Assembly: GCA_977017575.1 (NCBI GenBank)
Contig: CDRNVI010000038.1
Coordinates: forward strand, 75,127 to 139,126
Length of the DNA: 64,000 nt
Reading direction: 5' to 3'
DNA from: Paramoeba atlantica
Lineage: Eukaryota > Protista > Discosea
Positions 9,354-21,673 of this stretch are shown in pieces. Every line of letters begins with the position of its first letter. Positions within the stretch are counted from its first letter, which is position 1. Under the pieces are notes generated by a model. It ran no database searches. It saw nothing but the letters and a program-made list of their open reading frames with translations, and had not been told where the DNA came from. The translations under genes were made by a program, and so were the position numbers.

Positions 9354-12010
9354 TGCCGCAGTTGCGAGAAGATAGTGTATGCGGAGAATTTTTCAATTTC
9401 CAATTGGAATGCTTCTCGAGTGTTTTCTACGTCTAGGCCTGCCCTATTTGCCAGTGTCTTGAGGAGTTCCTTAGTTTCCTTGTGAAGAAGACCACAATCT
9501 GTTACTAGTATGCAGCGAAAGTATTCTTGGTCCAATCCTTTTTCCTGCACATATTTCCGTTGCTTACGGTCTACCGCATTTTGGAGGAGGGCAACGCTTG
9601 TCTGCCGCTTGTAGCTCCCACAACAAGTGTGCACCACTGTCACATCGTAGAGTATCTCCCCAACATTTGGCCACATTATGGCCAGATCAGGGCCTGAACG
9701 AATTCTCCGAGCACGACAAGGATGATGTTCTGCAGCTTCAGGTGAAATGGAACATTTGCACTTCGTGCAGAAGAAGGAAGAATGAAGGCGTGGTTCTATA
9801 GCGCAGGGTACTCCAGCTTTGGCACAAAGATCGGAAAGGTAGCGCACGATGTGGGAGTGCTTTCTCGTACAGTTCATCCCTGCACATCTTGAACACCCAG
9901 CTACATGTGAAATGATTCCATGTGGTGTTTCCGTGGCGCCGCATCCTGGACAAGTAATTTCATTCGGCGCACCTTGGAGTGCGATACCAAGCCGCATCAT
10001 GAGTGTATATCGGAAGAGATACGGATTCACGTAATTATTTGTCGCTGCCAAGTGGAGATTTGCTTCTTTTGATCGCTTCATAATGCCCGCAAATCTATCC
10101 TTTTGCATCAGTTCTGAAGCCAGTGTTTCATGTTCTAACTTAATCTGCTTTTTGAAATCAGTACGTGCAGCTTGGCTGGAAATTTTCTTGTGGTTGGCAC
10201 CTTTCCGCTCTCCCGTGATATCTACTGGAGCGTTAGTGGGTTTAAGTTGCTCATCAATAGATTTACGGGAAATCGCAAAAAGATAGCGTTGCTTCAATAT
10301 CGTCGATGTTATGCCTAAGCCGCCCATCTTACATGGTAGAGAAGCTAGTCGGAGGGCTTCATCATCTGCATTGCACCATCGTCTCAACACTTTGTGGATT
10401 TCTTTATCAAATACCTCAGCGAGGGAAAACGTTGCCTCTGGAACGTGCACTCTAAGATGATAATCGTGACGTGGAAGAGTACACCGACGCAGGATTGCTA
10501 GCGACAGGTTACTTGGCCCCATCACCCGTAGACGACGAAAAAGGCATTCATGTTTACTCAGCTTTTCAATCAGTTTATGTTCCACAACTTTCGCACTTCC
10601 TATGTATCCACCTAACACTTTGATGGACTGTTCGCATGTTGTGACGCCAAGCTCCTTGAGGTTGGTTTTATTTAATACTTCGTTTGTGTTTCGGAACCAC
10701 TCGCATTTTCCGTAGTTTATATGTAAATTCAAATCCTGGGTAAGTTCACGTAAATGATGAAAAGCTGCCTCCAGTGACTTTACATTCTTTGAGCTCATTG
10801 TAACGTCGTCTTGGTACGCTCGAATTTTTACTTCGGGATAATTTTTGGAGACCTCCTTCAACGGTTGTTGCAGGAGAGAGCAAAAATAGAGCGATGAAAG
10901 TGCTGATCCCTGTCTTACTCCTGAAGAACTTTCTATAATCGAGTGTAATGCATTATTGGCGAAGAAAAGGAGTTCGGAAGGCTGGCCATATTCTAGATAA
11001 AAAAGCCGCATGAAGTGTTTAAAGATCGGCTCCTTAAGCAGTGATTTCGCTATTTCCGTACGATGTGGCGTATTATAAGCATTCTTGAAATCAACTGTGA
11101 GTATAGTGTATCCGTCTTTTCGTTCCTCTAACAACTCATGCACTATTGACTCACAGGCTCTTTCTTGTAGAATACCCCGTTGGATTGGCTGGAAAAGGGT
11201 TTTGAGGGAGCTTTCGTGTCTGTTTAAGAGAATCGAACCGCATATTTTTAGAATTGTGTCGCCCATTGCAACTGGTCGTATGCCGTTTTGCGGCTTTGCT
11301 AGAGCAATTATTCTGCAGCGTGTCAGTCGTTTACGTACGCTTTCTGCCACATCACCATTTATGACGTCACGAAACATGTGGCAAATCGCTAGGCAGGATT
11401 CCTCATCTTCCACTAAAAGTCGCATCATGCTTTCGCTGAAGCCTGTTGGTCCCGGCGCTGCTCCTCGAGATAGTTTTTCTGTTGCCACCCGAAGCTCTGA
11501 TTGCTCAACTACCCCAATTCGTGGAAAATCTTCTTCTAAACGTTTGGGAGTGGGTCCTGTAGGATGGAGCTTTTCAACTTGAAAACTTTCTCTTGCGGTT
11601 CTAGAGATGACTCTCGGTATACATTGTCCAAAATCCGTGTTGCTTTACTCAAATTTCCTGCTTTTGCTGCTGTCAGTGCGTTTCTTATTGACCGCTGATC
11701 GATTGCAAGTTCTTGGCGTTGTTCTTCACTCAGATTTTGGTCATCTAAGAGCTCGCGGTGTCTACGGCGGTGGGATGAACTCTGTTTTCTTTTCAAAGTG
11801 AGACGAACTGTGGCCAGCGAATCCCTTGGAGCATCCAGTAATTTGTGCCATATGGCAGTTTTCTCTGATTCTAAAATGGTTTTAGGGTAGTCTCGTACAA
11901 TGGATCGGAAGATGGCTACTACATGAACTGCAAATGATGGATCGATTTGAACGAATGTCGGTAGAGGTTCATAGTCTTGGTTATTCTCGGCGCTTTCTTC
12001 TTCTTCTTCG
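9311..12010 (-). pseudogene. Family C RT-RLE ORF (one frameshift near 11575)
   Basis: GAAPGPTG, QGSALS, AYQDD, KMGGLGI, CPGC..H..C, RSGPDL..LYD motifs. 11536..11796 is the frameshifted upstream part. Confidence 0.85.
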
Positions 12011-15000
12011 TTTTTTTTTTTTCTTTTTCTTTTGTTTTTGTTGTCTTTTATCTATTATAAAGGTTTACATCAATCAATCAATCAAAACTTTCAGCTGTGT
12101 AGGTCTACGAATTGATAGAACCTAGCCATGCGGCCTTTGGTAGGCTGTCGCGTAATTGCGTGATATAGTCTCCTAAATTTCCTCTCGTATATTTCTTTAT
12201 AAGTATACTTATAAAGAAATCAACTTAATATGCACTTGCGTACATCCAAGTCTTGCCTTGCGAACTTCCCAGAAACTGGCGTAACTGGGCGTAGACTTCG
12301 TTTCCATTTAAGTCTTGGAGTAATAACTTGAAGTCCATCTCCACTGTCTTCCTATCCAACATGGCTGCATCCGCAAGTGCATGTATCAGAAATCTTGTGT
12401 TCTGGTGGAGAGAACCGCAAGAAAAGATCGGAAGGCATTGAAACGCGAACTCTGGAATCATACCGGTTGTAACGTAGGTATCTTTCTTCCGTTTAATTAC
12501 GTCTTGCATTAGTTTCACGCAAGTTTTAGATTGGTTCGATGGCGCAAGCTCGTGTATTATAGACACGTCGTAGAAGATTTCTCCGGTGCTCCAGAAAATG
12601 GCCAGATCCGGCCCCGATCGGTATAGCTGTCGACCGGTGCAACATTTTTCATGAGTCATTTTATTCTCGGGTTCGACCTTTCGGCTACACACACCACACC
12701 GCCACGTACTGAAGGCTCGCGGCTCTTTTTCACACGGTATCCCCGCCTTATTCGCTAAGTCGAACAGGTATTTCACCAAGCTATTATGTTTTGTTGTGGC
12801 ATTAAAACCGTAGCACTGCACGCATCCAGGTATGTGGTGTAGACCAGATTGACTGTTCAGTATTGTTTTGCACCCGGGGCATAACAGCTTCTCAGGTAGA
12901 CGATGATGGGCTATTCCTAACCGCGTCATAATGGCCATCTCGAAGTGTCGCGATGGGACGAATCTAGCGGCAGACGTTAACCAGTCGTAACTTCCCTTGC
13001 GAGTAGTGGCGCTCAGTATTTTGGAAATATTTGGATTCTGTCTCAGTCTCTCCAGTACTTCCTCATGCTCTAAGGCTGCGATCGTTTTGTCATCTGTCGG
13101 GGCTTTCGGTTTTGACCTTCGTTGGCAAGCGCTATATGATTTTCCACTGATCCACTCTGAGCAGAAAAGGATTTTTGTCGCTCATATGAGGAATACAATG
13201 AAGCTTCATACGCTGCTGCGCGAATTTTACTGCAGGACGTCAAACCTAAACCTCCCTTTTTAGCTGGTAACCGAGCCATCTCGATCTGATTCGCCGTTAG
13301 GGATCCAAGCCATGTGCTCAAAACGTCTTCAACTTTCTCATCAAAACAGTCAGCGATCTGCTCAGTGATGTCAGGCGGATGTACACGCACTGCGTACTGC
13401 ATCTTCACGTTTATGCTGTGGGATAATAAACTGAGCGACACATTGTTAAGCCCCATGATCTTCAGCCGACTGAAAGCTAAGTTATGTTGTTCAAGTTGGC
13501 CCGTCAGCCTCTCCGCCACCGTTGTATTCTTGCCAATGAATGCTCCCAACACCTTTGTGGCTTCATTTTCGTTGATGACTCCCGCATTCTCGAGACATGG
13601 CGGAATCGCAATTTGGTTCCACCCGCCGAACCATACACATTTCTTGGCAGCAAGCTCTATAGATTGTTCCCTGACGATTTCTTGGAGTCTGCCGAATGCT
13701 TTTTCGATGTCGGAGGCATTCAGAGATGATATTGTGACGTCATCGATGTATGCGTGTAATTCCACGTTCGGAAATTCCTGGGCCAGCGTCTCTAAAATGG
13801 GTTGCATATAGATACAAAAATAAAGAGAAGCTAACGGCGATCCCTGCCTGAGTCCCGACGAACTTGGCACGACTCCAAACAATTTGTTTTCCGATCCGTA
13901 GAATAGAAGTTCAGAGGTGCCAGAGTATTCGACCTGGAAGAATCTTTGAAATGGTCGCAACGCGCTAAAGGCGAAAACGTGCTTTGCTATTTCTTTCCTG
14001 CATGGAGAATTAAACGCATTTTTAAAATCAATTGCGAGCATCGAATGACCTTTATTGTAACGCTCACGAAGTTTGTGGACTATTCGTTCGCATCCAGCCC
14101 AAGCAAATACTCCCTGTTGCATTGGAGTGAAGAGTGGTGCCAGAGTGTGTTCATACCGTTGCATGAGTACTATTCCAGCCAGTTTGTTGAGAACCTCGCC
14201 CATTGCTACGGGACGCACTCCTCCGTCCCCCTTCGGTATGGCGACCAGCCGAGCCCGGTTTAGACGCTGAGTTACATCCTTCGAGAGAAAGCCGTTTAGA
14301 AGATCGCATATCATGTGACACAAGCTTCCGCAGGACACCTCGTCATCGGTCATGAGGCGCACAATACCGTCAGTCATTCCCGTAGGCCCGGGGCTGACTC
14401 CTTTCGCCAGCCTTTTGGCAGCGCTACGTAGCTCTTCAGGTGTGACCCCAGCCAAGGTGGGCGCGTCTTCGGGTGCCTCAAAGTCACATGGTTTTTGAGG
14501 ATGCAACTCTGTTAACTTGTCCAAAACCTCCTCGTCGGACAAATTGATTGATTTAAACTTTTGACTCAATGTTTTTGCCGCTTTAGACGCGCACCCTTCC
14601 AAAACTAGTCTCTTTGCTTTGTTAATGGCACGTAAATCCTGGGCAGCATCGCTGTCAACCGTCGCCTTCGGAGTGAAAGGTTTACGTCTTTTGCTGCGTT
14701 TATCCACATCTCGTATTGTCGCCAATGATAGTTTCATCGCTGACAATAGCCGATGCCAAATCTGGTTTCGTTGCGCAAAATCGACATTTGCGTAGTTCCG
14801 TATAATATCCCGCAGTGTGGCGACGACGCACGGAATAAATTCTGGACTCACCGTTCGCATGGTTGGGATCGGGAGATGATCAATTCCCTCGTTTCCGCAA
14901 GTCAAATGCTCCGCTAGTTGATGATTTTCCATGAAAGAGTCTCGCCGTACGGTCTCGTCTATCGAGGGAGGGGCCTGGTGCCATAATATACGATAAACTC

Positions 15001-16633
15001 TTACGGCTTCTTGTGGCGGAAGCGTTCCTTTGAATTCGTCGCCGACGCTGTACCCACGAACTCCTTGATACAACATAGATAATTTCCCCAGACCTCCACG
15101 TTTGCTGTGTGTCCGTGTGACTTTCCCGATCGATACGTTGATCTCGTCGTTGCGATCGAATGTCCACACAATGGTGCATTTTGTTCCCGCTTTGATCTGT
15201 TTAGATTGCTTCCATATCTCGTCCCCTGGTATCGGAAATTGGGTTTTAATATTGGTGGTTCCTTCCAAGCTCTCTGCCCATGCTTCGTCTATATGCCTCA
15301 TATCTTCCTCCGCTCCATTTTCTCCGATAAATCGAATTCGCTGCTGCGGAACACTCTTCTCGGCATTTGCTGGCTCACCGTGTACTATGTTGCTGATCCT
15401 TGCCAGCTCGGTCAAACGTATTCCGTCTCCCGTGTTGTCGTCAATCAAGTTTGTTGGAGTTGTCAGTCTGGCATTTTCAATATTTCCTTGCACGTGATTA
15501 GTGGTTTCGTTCCCTATCTGCCTCACGTCGATCTGCTTAAGCAGGTCTTGTGGAGATTCGCAGTCGTGGTAGACAATGTCCTCTCGCGATGTGATTTCGT
15601 CATCCCCCGAGGTTGTACCGCTGATCTTGGTGGGAGTAATCTCGCTAATTTTCTGCGGCGTTGCTCCCTTAGTTAGTCGCGTCACGTGGTCGTCCTTTCT
15701 TGCGTTGATATCACTTTTCCGGATGTTCTTGGGAGATTCCTCGTTCTTCTGATGTGTTGTGTGTGCCTCTGTATTCCTTCCGATTCTTGCCAAAATCTCC
15801 TCATTAACTAAGTTGAGCTTCGGTCTGCGCTTCGGACGGTTCAGAAACTTTGGCTTTCGTGGGGCAGTATTGATCTCCCCTTCTATGTCTCTTACTCGGT
15901 TTTCTTCTGCTCGACTGTCTGGGGTCCGATTATTGCAGTTTTTGTTACTTCCTGGCGTTGTTGCTCCTGGCCTTGTTCCGCACATCTTTCCTTCCTCGTC
16001 CCTCTCTCGGTCCTTTCTCGATCCCACGTCGTCCGCAGTCGTCGCATTTCGTGTGGCCCGATTTCGGCTGAAGTTGATCAATTCGCGCGTAGATGATACG
16101 ATTTTAATTTTTCTGGGTACTGGCAATGGCAGTGGCAACTGGTTATCCACTTTGGACTTCGAGTTTTCTTCCGTGGAAAGCGTCGCAAGCGGATGGCGAC
16201 TCGGTGATTGTGACAAAGGCAGCGCGGCTGGAGGGGGAGAAGGCGCGGCGGGAGGAGAAGGCGGCGCTAAGGGGGGAGTAGAAGGTGGCGCGGCGGGAGG
16301 AGGGGAAGGCGATCGCGTCGTAGGGAACGACAGCGCGCGCGGCAGAGGAGGAAGCGACATTGGGAGCGGCAGCGCTGGAGGTGGTGATGGCGCACGCAGC
16401 GGAGTAGGAGGAGGTGACGGTAGAGGAATTGACGGCTCGCGCGGCGGCGGTGGAGGCGACGTCGGTGGAGGAGAAGCGTCTGACGATGGCGCCCGCCCTA
16501 AAGGGTATTTTTTCTTCCGGCGGGTCGGCGGCAGCGGCTGGACAACGGGAGCTACTCCCGTCTCCTTCGCGCGGCTCCGGGTGAACATGCCCATGAAGGG
16601 TGAGAGAATAAGAAAAGGAAAAAAGACAACAAG
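12011..16633 (-). mobile_element. Full-length CRE-like element family A, copy A1
   Basis: T-rich tail at 12011-12040, ~185-nt 3'UTR, single ORF, ~39-nt pyrimidine-rich leader; near-identical to 28497-33830 with the same 5' boundary (acaacaag). Confidence 0.9.
12225..16594 (-). pseudogene. Family A polyprotein (Pro-rich N-terminus, RT, CCHC, RLE) with a 1-nt homopolymer frameshift at ~13100
   Basis: G4 at 13099-13102 versus G5 in the second copy; likely start MGMFTRSRAKETG at 16594. The frameshift may be a sequencing error. Confidence 0.85.
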
Positions 16634-17143
16634 GGGCGAAACATGGGTTGCTCTTGTTTTCTTCACCGTCTGTCGACATAGAATCTGATTGTGTCGCTTT
16701 TTCGTCTTCGGACTTTGAGGCGTTCGATTCATCATTTTCCGAAGTTTCTATATCGATATTTCCTCGTTCAATTCTGTTTCGCATCGTGTATCTCTTCAAC
16801 TTGATGAGATTCGAATTCTTCGCTTCCACTTGATCATGAATTTCGTGGTCAGCCCAAATTGGAGAAATGTCTTTTCCTGTGCTTTGACTGATAACCCTAA
16901 TTCGTGGTGTCTTCTTGGGTTTCGGTGCGGTCTCACTTTTATTGTAGCTCGGCTCGGTGATTCTGGTGTTCGGAGAAGCGCTACAGCGTCCTTCGCTACA
17001 ATCATCCTTCCGGGTAGCTTGCAGAAAATTTCCCGATGTCGCCCCGATGTCGTCCGTGAAGTGTTTTCCAAATCTCGCTTGACGAGCGAACATGTTTAAG
17101 TAATCTCAATTAAAAAAAAACAACAAGCAACAAGGTACAGAAA

Positions 17144-17723
17144 GTCTGTGCAAGTTATGAATCGCTTGAAAAGAGCGCGTCTAATTGGCATCCCGAAACA
17201 AGGTGGGGGAGTGCGTCCCATCTCGGTAGGAGAAGTATTCTTGAAGTTAGCCGACCTCTTGCTTGTGATGCGACATGAACATACCCTGGAAAAGCTTTTC
17301 GCGCCGTTGCAGTTCGGGGTCTCGGTGAAGTCCGGTTGCGAGAAGGTCGTGCATCGTCTCCATGACCACTTTCTGGCAGGAAACGCAATACTCTCTATCG
17401 ACCTGGCCAACGCCTTCAATTCACCGCCGCGAAGCGAAATAGCGAAAGCAGTTTTCGGTTTACACACCTTGCGCCCTTTTCACCGCCTTTTCCACGCGGA
17501 ATACTCCGAAGCGTCTGAGCTACTCTTCTACGGAAGGGATGGCCATTATCATGGCTCTGTCGAAAGTACGGCGGGTGTACGCCAAGGATCCCCCCTCTCG
17601 ACATTGTTCTTCTGCGCATTTCTTCAACCTATACTAGAAACAATCGCCTCCGAGTTTCCAGACGTTAAACTATTTGCTTATGTGGATGATATCAATTTGG
17701 TCTCAGAAAATACGAATTCCATT
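17144..17723 (+). pseudogene. CRE-like family F, fragment 1 (RT core)
   Basis: RLKRARLIGIPK..GGVRPI, QGSPL, YVDD; ends at TSD aattccatt followed by the tail of element B. Confidence 0.85.
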
Positions 17724-17882
17724 TTTTTTTTTTTTTTTTTTTCCCCGAGTCATTTCTTGGAGGCATTTCTCCTGTGAAATCCTATGACAGGAAGCCACGG
17801 GCGAAACATCACCTTCCCCCCTTCTCTCGTGAGAGAAACTACCTCCAAAAATAACTAGAACAGAACTTACAAGTAAATGAAT

Positions 17883-18792
17883 AAATTTTCTTTTTTAGGC
17901 TCTTCGTTAAACGCGGTGGTTGCTTTCAACTTAGAAGTCACTCATGCTGCGCGCTTCGCGTTGAAAACTACCGCCGCGTTTAACGAAGAGCCTAAAAAAG
18001 AAAATTTAGCCTGGAAAACGGAAAGATTATAGCCAAAAATAGCCGAATTTCGGGTACAAATGGGGTCATTTTCGCATATTTTTGCTCTCAGAGCACTAAA
18101 TCCGACATTTGCGCGTGGGAAATCACTCGCAGGCATGAATGAAAGCCTACCGAACGTATTGGGTAGAGAATACGACTCCAACCATACCATTCTTTCGACA
18201 CAAAAATGCCCCTTTAGGTCCGAAAAATACTTTTTCACCTTTTTTAGTCAAAAGTGGGTCATTTTGAGGGGCGCACCACAGTTCGAAGAAGTGATACCTT
18301 GCGAAAACAACTGCGTAGAAAGCTAGTGTAGGTCCCAAACTATCAAAATACAATAGGGGAAACGATTTTGGAAAAATATTTTTTTTGTCATTTTTTTCGC
18401 CAAGTTGAATTTTTTTTCGAAAAAATTTTTCCGAAAAAATCCGAACTTGGCGGACCCGTCCTGCGGATACGCGGGGGGTTCACCCCAGGGTAGGGGGGTG
18501 GAAAATGCGCGCCAAGACCCCGGCTACCCTTTCTGCGGTTTTTTTTCGAAAACTAATTTTTTCGAAAAAATTTGATCGACCATGCCCCCCCCCCCTGGAC
18601 CCCCCCCCTGGACCCCCCCCCTGGACCCCCCATTTTTTTCAAAAAAATTTTTCAGTTTTGGACCACCGGAGCCCCCTTTTATATTTTTTTCTTCTATTAT
18701 ATTACTGTGTTCCTCTTTATATTTTCACTGTTTTTGTTCACTTTTTTTTCAATAATCGAGTGTAGAGCGGTAGTTTTACAACCACCGCAATA
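17883..18792 (+). mobile_element. H1: non-autonomous Helentron/Helitron2-like element with 5' hairpin, (C7-10 TGGA)n tract and 3' stem-loop
   Basis: 48-bp-arm hairpin at 17883-18007; gttgaaaactaccgc near the 5' end versus gcggtagttttacaac near the 3' end; four related copies in the window. The classification is inference. Confidence 0.6.
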
Positions 18793-18935
18793 AATAGATA
18801 AATAAATACGCTAACCTGGAAATGTCTATAAGTATTTCGTATTGGCGCTACCCCCCATTGTATGGGGGTAGTTCTAACTAAGCTTACGCGTCTTTGTAAG
18901 CTAAATCTTATAATTCTATATATTTAATATTTGAC

Positions 18936-21673
18936 CTACGATAGTGCTTTGCTCATTTGAGAACACAGCACAGTGCCGTTTAACTCCTGGAGGTGCATTA
19001 TGAAATCTTGCACAACGATATCGCGATCACGCCCGCTAGCATCGGCCAGAGATTTCAGGAGAGCCAGGCCACTTTTGTTCATTGCTCCTCCGGCGAGTAT
19101 TGATACGCATGTAAATTTTTCATGAGGCATTAGATCCGAGTTAACATACGTGTCGACTTTGCGTTTTTCGGCTTCCTGCATTAGCTGATTGCTCCGTTTA
19201 CCGAGATTCGTCTTGGATATTTCATTTATGATAGTGAGGTCATAGAATATCTCACCGGACGCCCAGTAAATTGCTAAGTCTGGTCCGCTGCGATGGAATG
19301 ATGCGGTTCCACACTTTTTCTGATGTTCATGTTTGCGCTGTTCATTCACCGATTCATTACATTTCAGGCATCGATAAGTGGTGAATTGTCTCGGTTCCCG
19401 CTCGCATGGGATTCCGGTCTGAAGACAGAGGTCGTAAATATGACGAACGAGAGCATGATGTCGCGTTGTCGCATTTGCGCCTGTGCATTTAACGCAACCG
19501 AGCAAGTGTGCTAGAAAGTGTTTTGATTCGAGAATCATTTTGCATCCAGGGCATATGATTTTGTCCGGCATACTCTTGTGCGCAAGACCAAGTCGTGCCA
19601 TCACCATTAGAGAGAATTGAGATGATGGAATATATCTCGTTTTTCCTTGCAACCAATCGTGATTACCCTTTTCACTGCACGCCTTTACCAAAGGTGCCAA
19701 CTCCTCGTTTTTCTTTGTCAGCTCTTGATACGTCTTCTGATTGAGCATAGCCTCCGTTGCGGGGCCATCATTTACTGATTCGCTGTCCTGCGCTATACCT
19801 TCGTCGCACGTTAATCGAGCTGATTTTGGTTTACATTGCTCAAGAGAAACGCGTTTAGAAGAGTTGTACGCGGACGTACGAGAGTCAGTAGATGATGGCA
19901 GGCCGAGCCCACCTTTCTTCATCGGCAACCGGCACCAAGCGATGTGTTTATCTGTCATTTTGCCAAGCCATGTGTTCAACACCGCTTCAACATCGCTGTC
20001 GAATTTTTTGCATAGTTTTTCCGATGCTATTGGTGTGTGTACCCGGGTGTGGTACCTATGTCTAATGTTTACGCTTTTCGATAGTAGAAGTAGTGATATG
20101 TTGTTTAAACCCATGCGCTTGAGACGTCGGAATATGGCTTCGTGCTTTTCAAGCTTCTGTGTCAGACATTCACTGACTACTTCGTCGTTGCCTATGTATG
20201 CACCTAGGGTCTTTGTCGCTGAATGCTTGATTTTCACTCCTTCTGCTTCAAGTTCTGCTGGGATTGGTATATCATGCTTTCCGCCAAACCACACGCATTT
20301 GTGTTTGGCCATTTTGACTCGTTTCTCCGCTAGGAGGCCGTGTAGACGACTGAATGCATCAGCTAACGCTTGTTGGTCCTCAGATGCTAGGTTTATGTCG
20401 TCGATGAATGCGAAGATTTTTACTTGTGGAAATTCCATTGCCGGGGTTTCTATGATAGGCTGCATAAATGCGCAAAAGTACAAGGTAGATAACGGAGATC
20501 CTTGTCGTACTCCAGCTGAGCTATATATCGTCTCGTAATGCTCACCGTTTTTTCCGTAATATAAAAGCTCAGAGGCCTCCGAATATTCCGCGTGAAAGAA
20601 TCTACGAAAAGGGCGCAATGTGCATAGGCCGAAAACGACTTTTGAGATGTCGCTACGCATAGGCGAGTTAAAGGCATTAGCGAGATCGATTGATAGAATG
20701 GCTTTGCCTTCTTGATAATGGCTATGAAGACGGTGCACTACTTTTTCGCATCCAGACTGTACAGATACTCCAAATTGTAACGGGGCGAAGAGTTTTTCGA
20801 GTGTATGTTCGTGCCGTGCTACTAATACGATTCCCGCCAGTTTCAGGAAGACTTCGCCTACGCAGATTGGTCTGACGCCTTTGTCTGCCTTTGGTAACGC
20901 TACCAAGCGTGCTCGTTTCAGACGATTCATTACTTGTTTTGACAGAAGTCCATTTATCAGATCCGCAAACATATAACACATGGAGACGCAACAAATTTCG
21001 TCGTCCAAGAGGAGCCGAATTATTGTGTCAGTGGTTCCCGTAGGTCCTGGTGCCGATCCTTTGGCAAGACGCCGACCTGCGTCCCTGAGTTCTTCGGTGG
21101 AAATGATGGCTATCTCAGGAGAGTCATCCGGGAGCTCAAAGTTTTCATGATTCTGCGGATGCAGGTCCCGTAGTTTGGCGCATACATCGTCGTCTGTTAG
21201 TTCCTGTGGTCGCACTTCCTGATCTAGCACTTTTGTTGCCTTAGAGACACACCCTTCTAGGGCCAGGCGGGTCGCTTTTTTTATGGTGCGTGCTTCTGTT
21301 TTGCTCAGTTCCTCCGCATCTCCAGCGTTTTCATCCGGGATCGGCCGTTTTCTTCTTCGTCGAATCGACGCGGTTCTCACTACTGTTAACGAGTGCTTCA
21401 TTGCGGATAGGACCCTATTCCAAATGTCGTTTCTGTCATCATACGAGTTGGTGGCGTAATTCCGCATAATGTCCCGGTAAATTGCTACGACACATGGTGC
21501 GAAATCGGCATGAATCGCTCGGAGCTTCGGCATCGGCGCTAAATCCAAATCTTCTTCAGTGTGTTGTGTGACGGGTGGGCTGGCAACCGGTATTGAGTTC
21601 ATATGTTTATCCATAGCGGACTGTTTTTTAAGCCACTGAATCTTATATATTCGAACATTCGCTTGCGGGGGAA
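18936..21673 (-). CDS. Family B polyprotein, 3' part (RT, CCHC, RLE)
   Basis: GSAPGPTGT, QGSPL, FIDD, KKGGLGL, CPGC..H..C, RSGPDL..FYD; joins in frame to 26647-28045 after removing YR-3. Confidence 0.9.

Larger units (their letters stand above)
8781..17143 (-). mobile_element. CRE-like element family C copy C2 (3' poly(A) at 8781-8801, body to ~12010, 5' part 16634-17143), interrupted by A1
   Basis: T21 tail, 26-bp palindrome in the 3' region, RT-RLE ORF 9311..11488 with upstream frameshifted part, and a 5' fragment homologous to C1. Confidence 0.7.

Noticed and set aside
9311-11488. RTs as prokaryotic group II intron, retron or DGR enzymes
   Set aside because: Poly(A) tails, TSDs, the C-terminal CCHC plus PD-(D/E)xK nuclease and the YR/RNaseH partners fit eukaryotic non-LTR and DIRS-group elements.
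15759-16688. Long Gly-rich plus-strand ORFs (also 27570-28035, 32956-34134, 40231-40934)
   Set aside because: They are antisense shadows of Pro-rich low-complexity retroelement N-termini.
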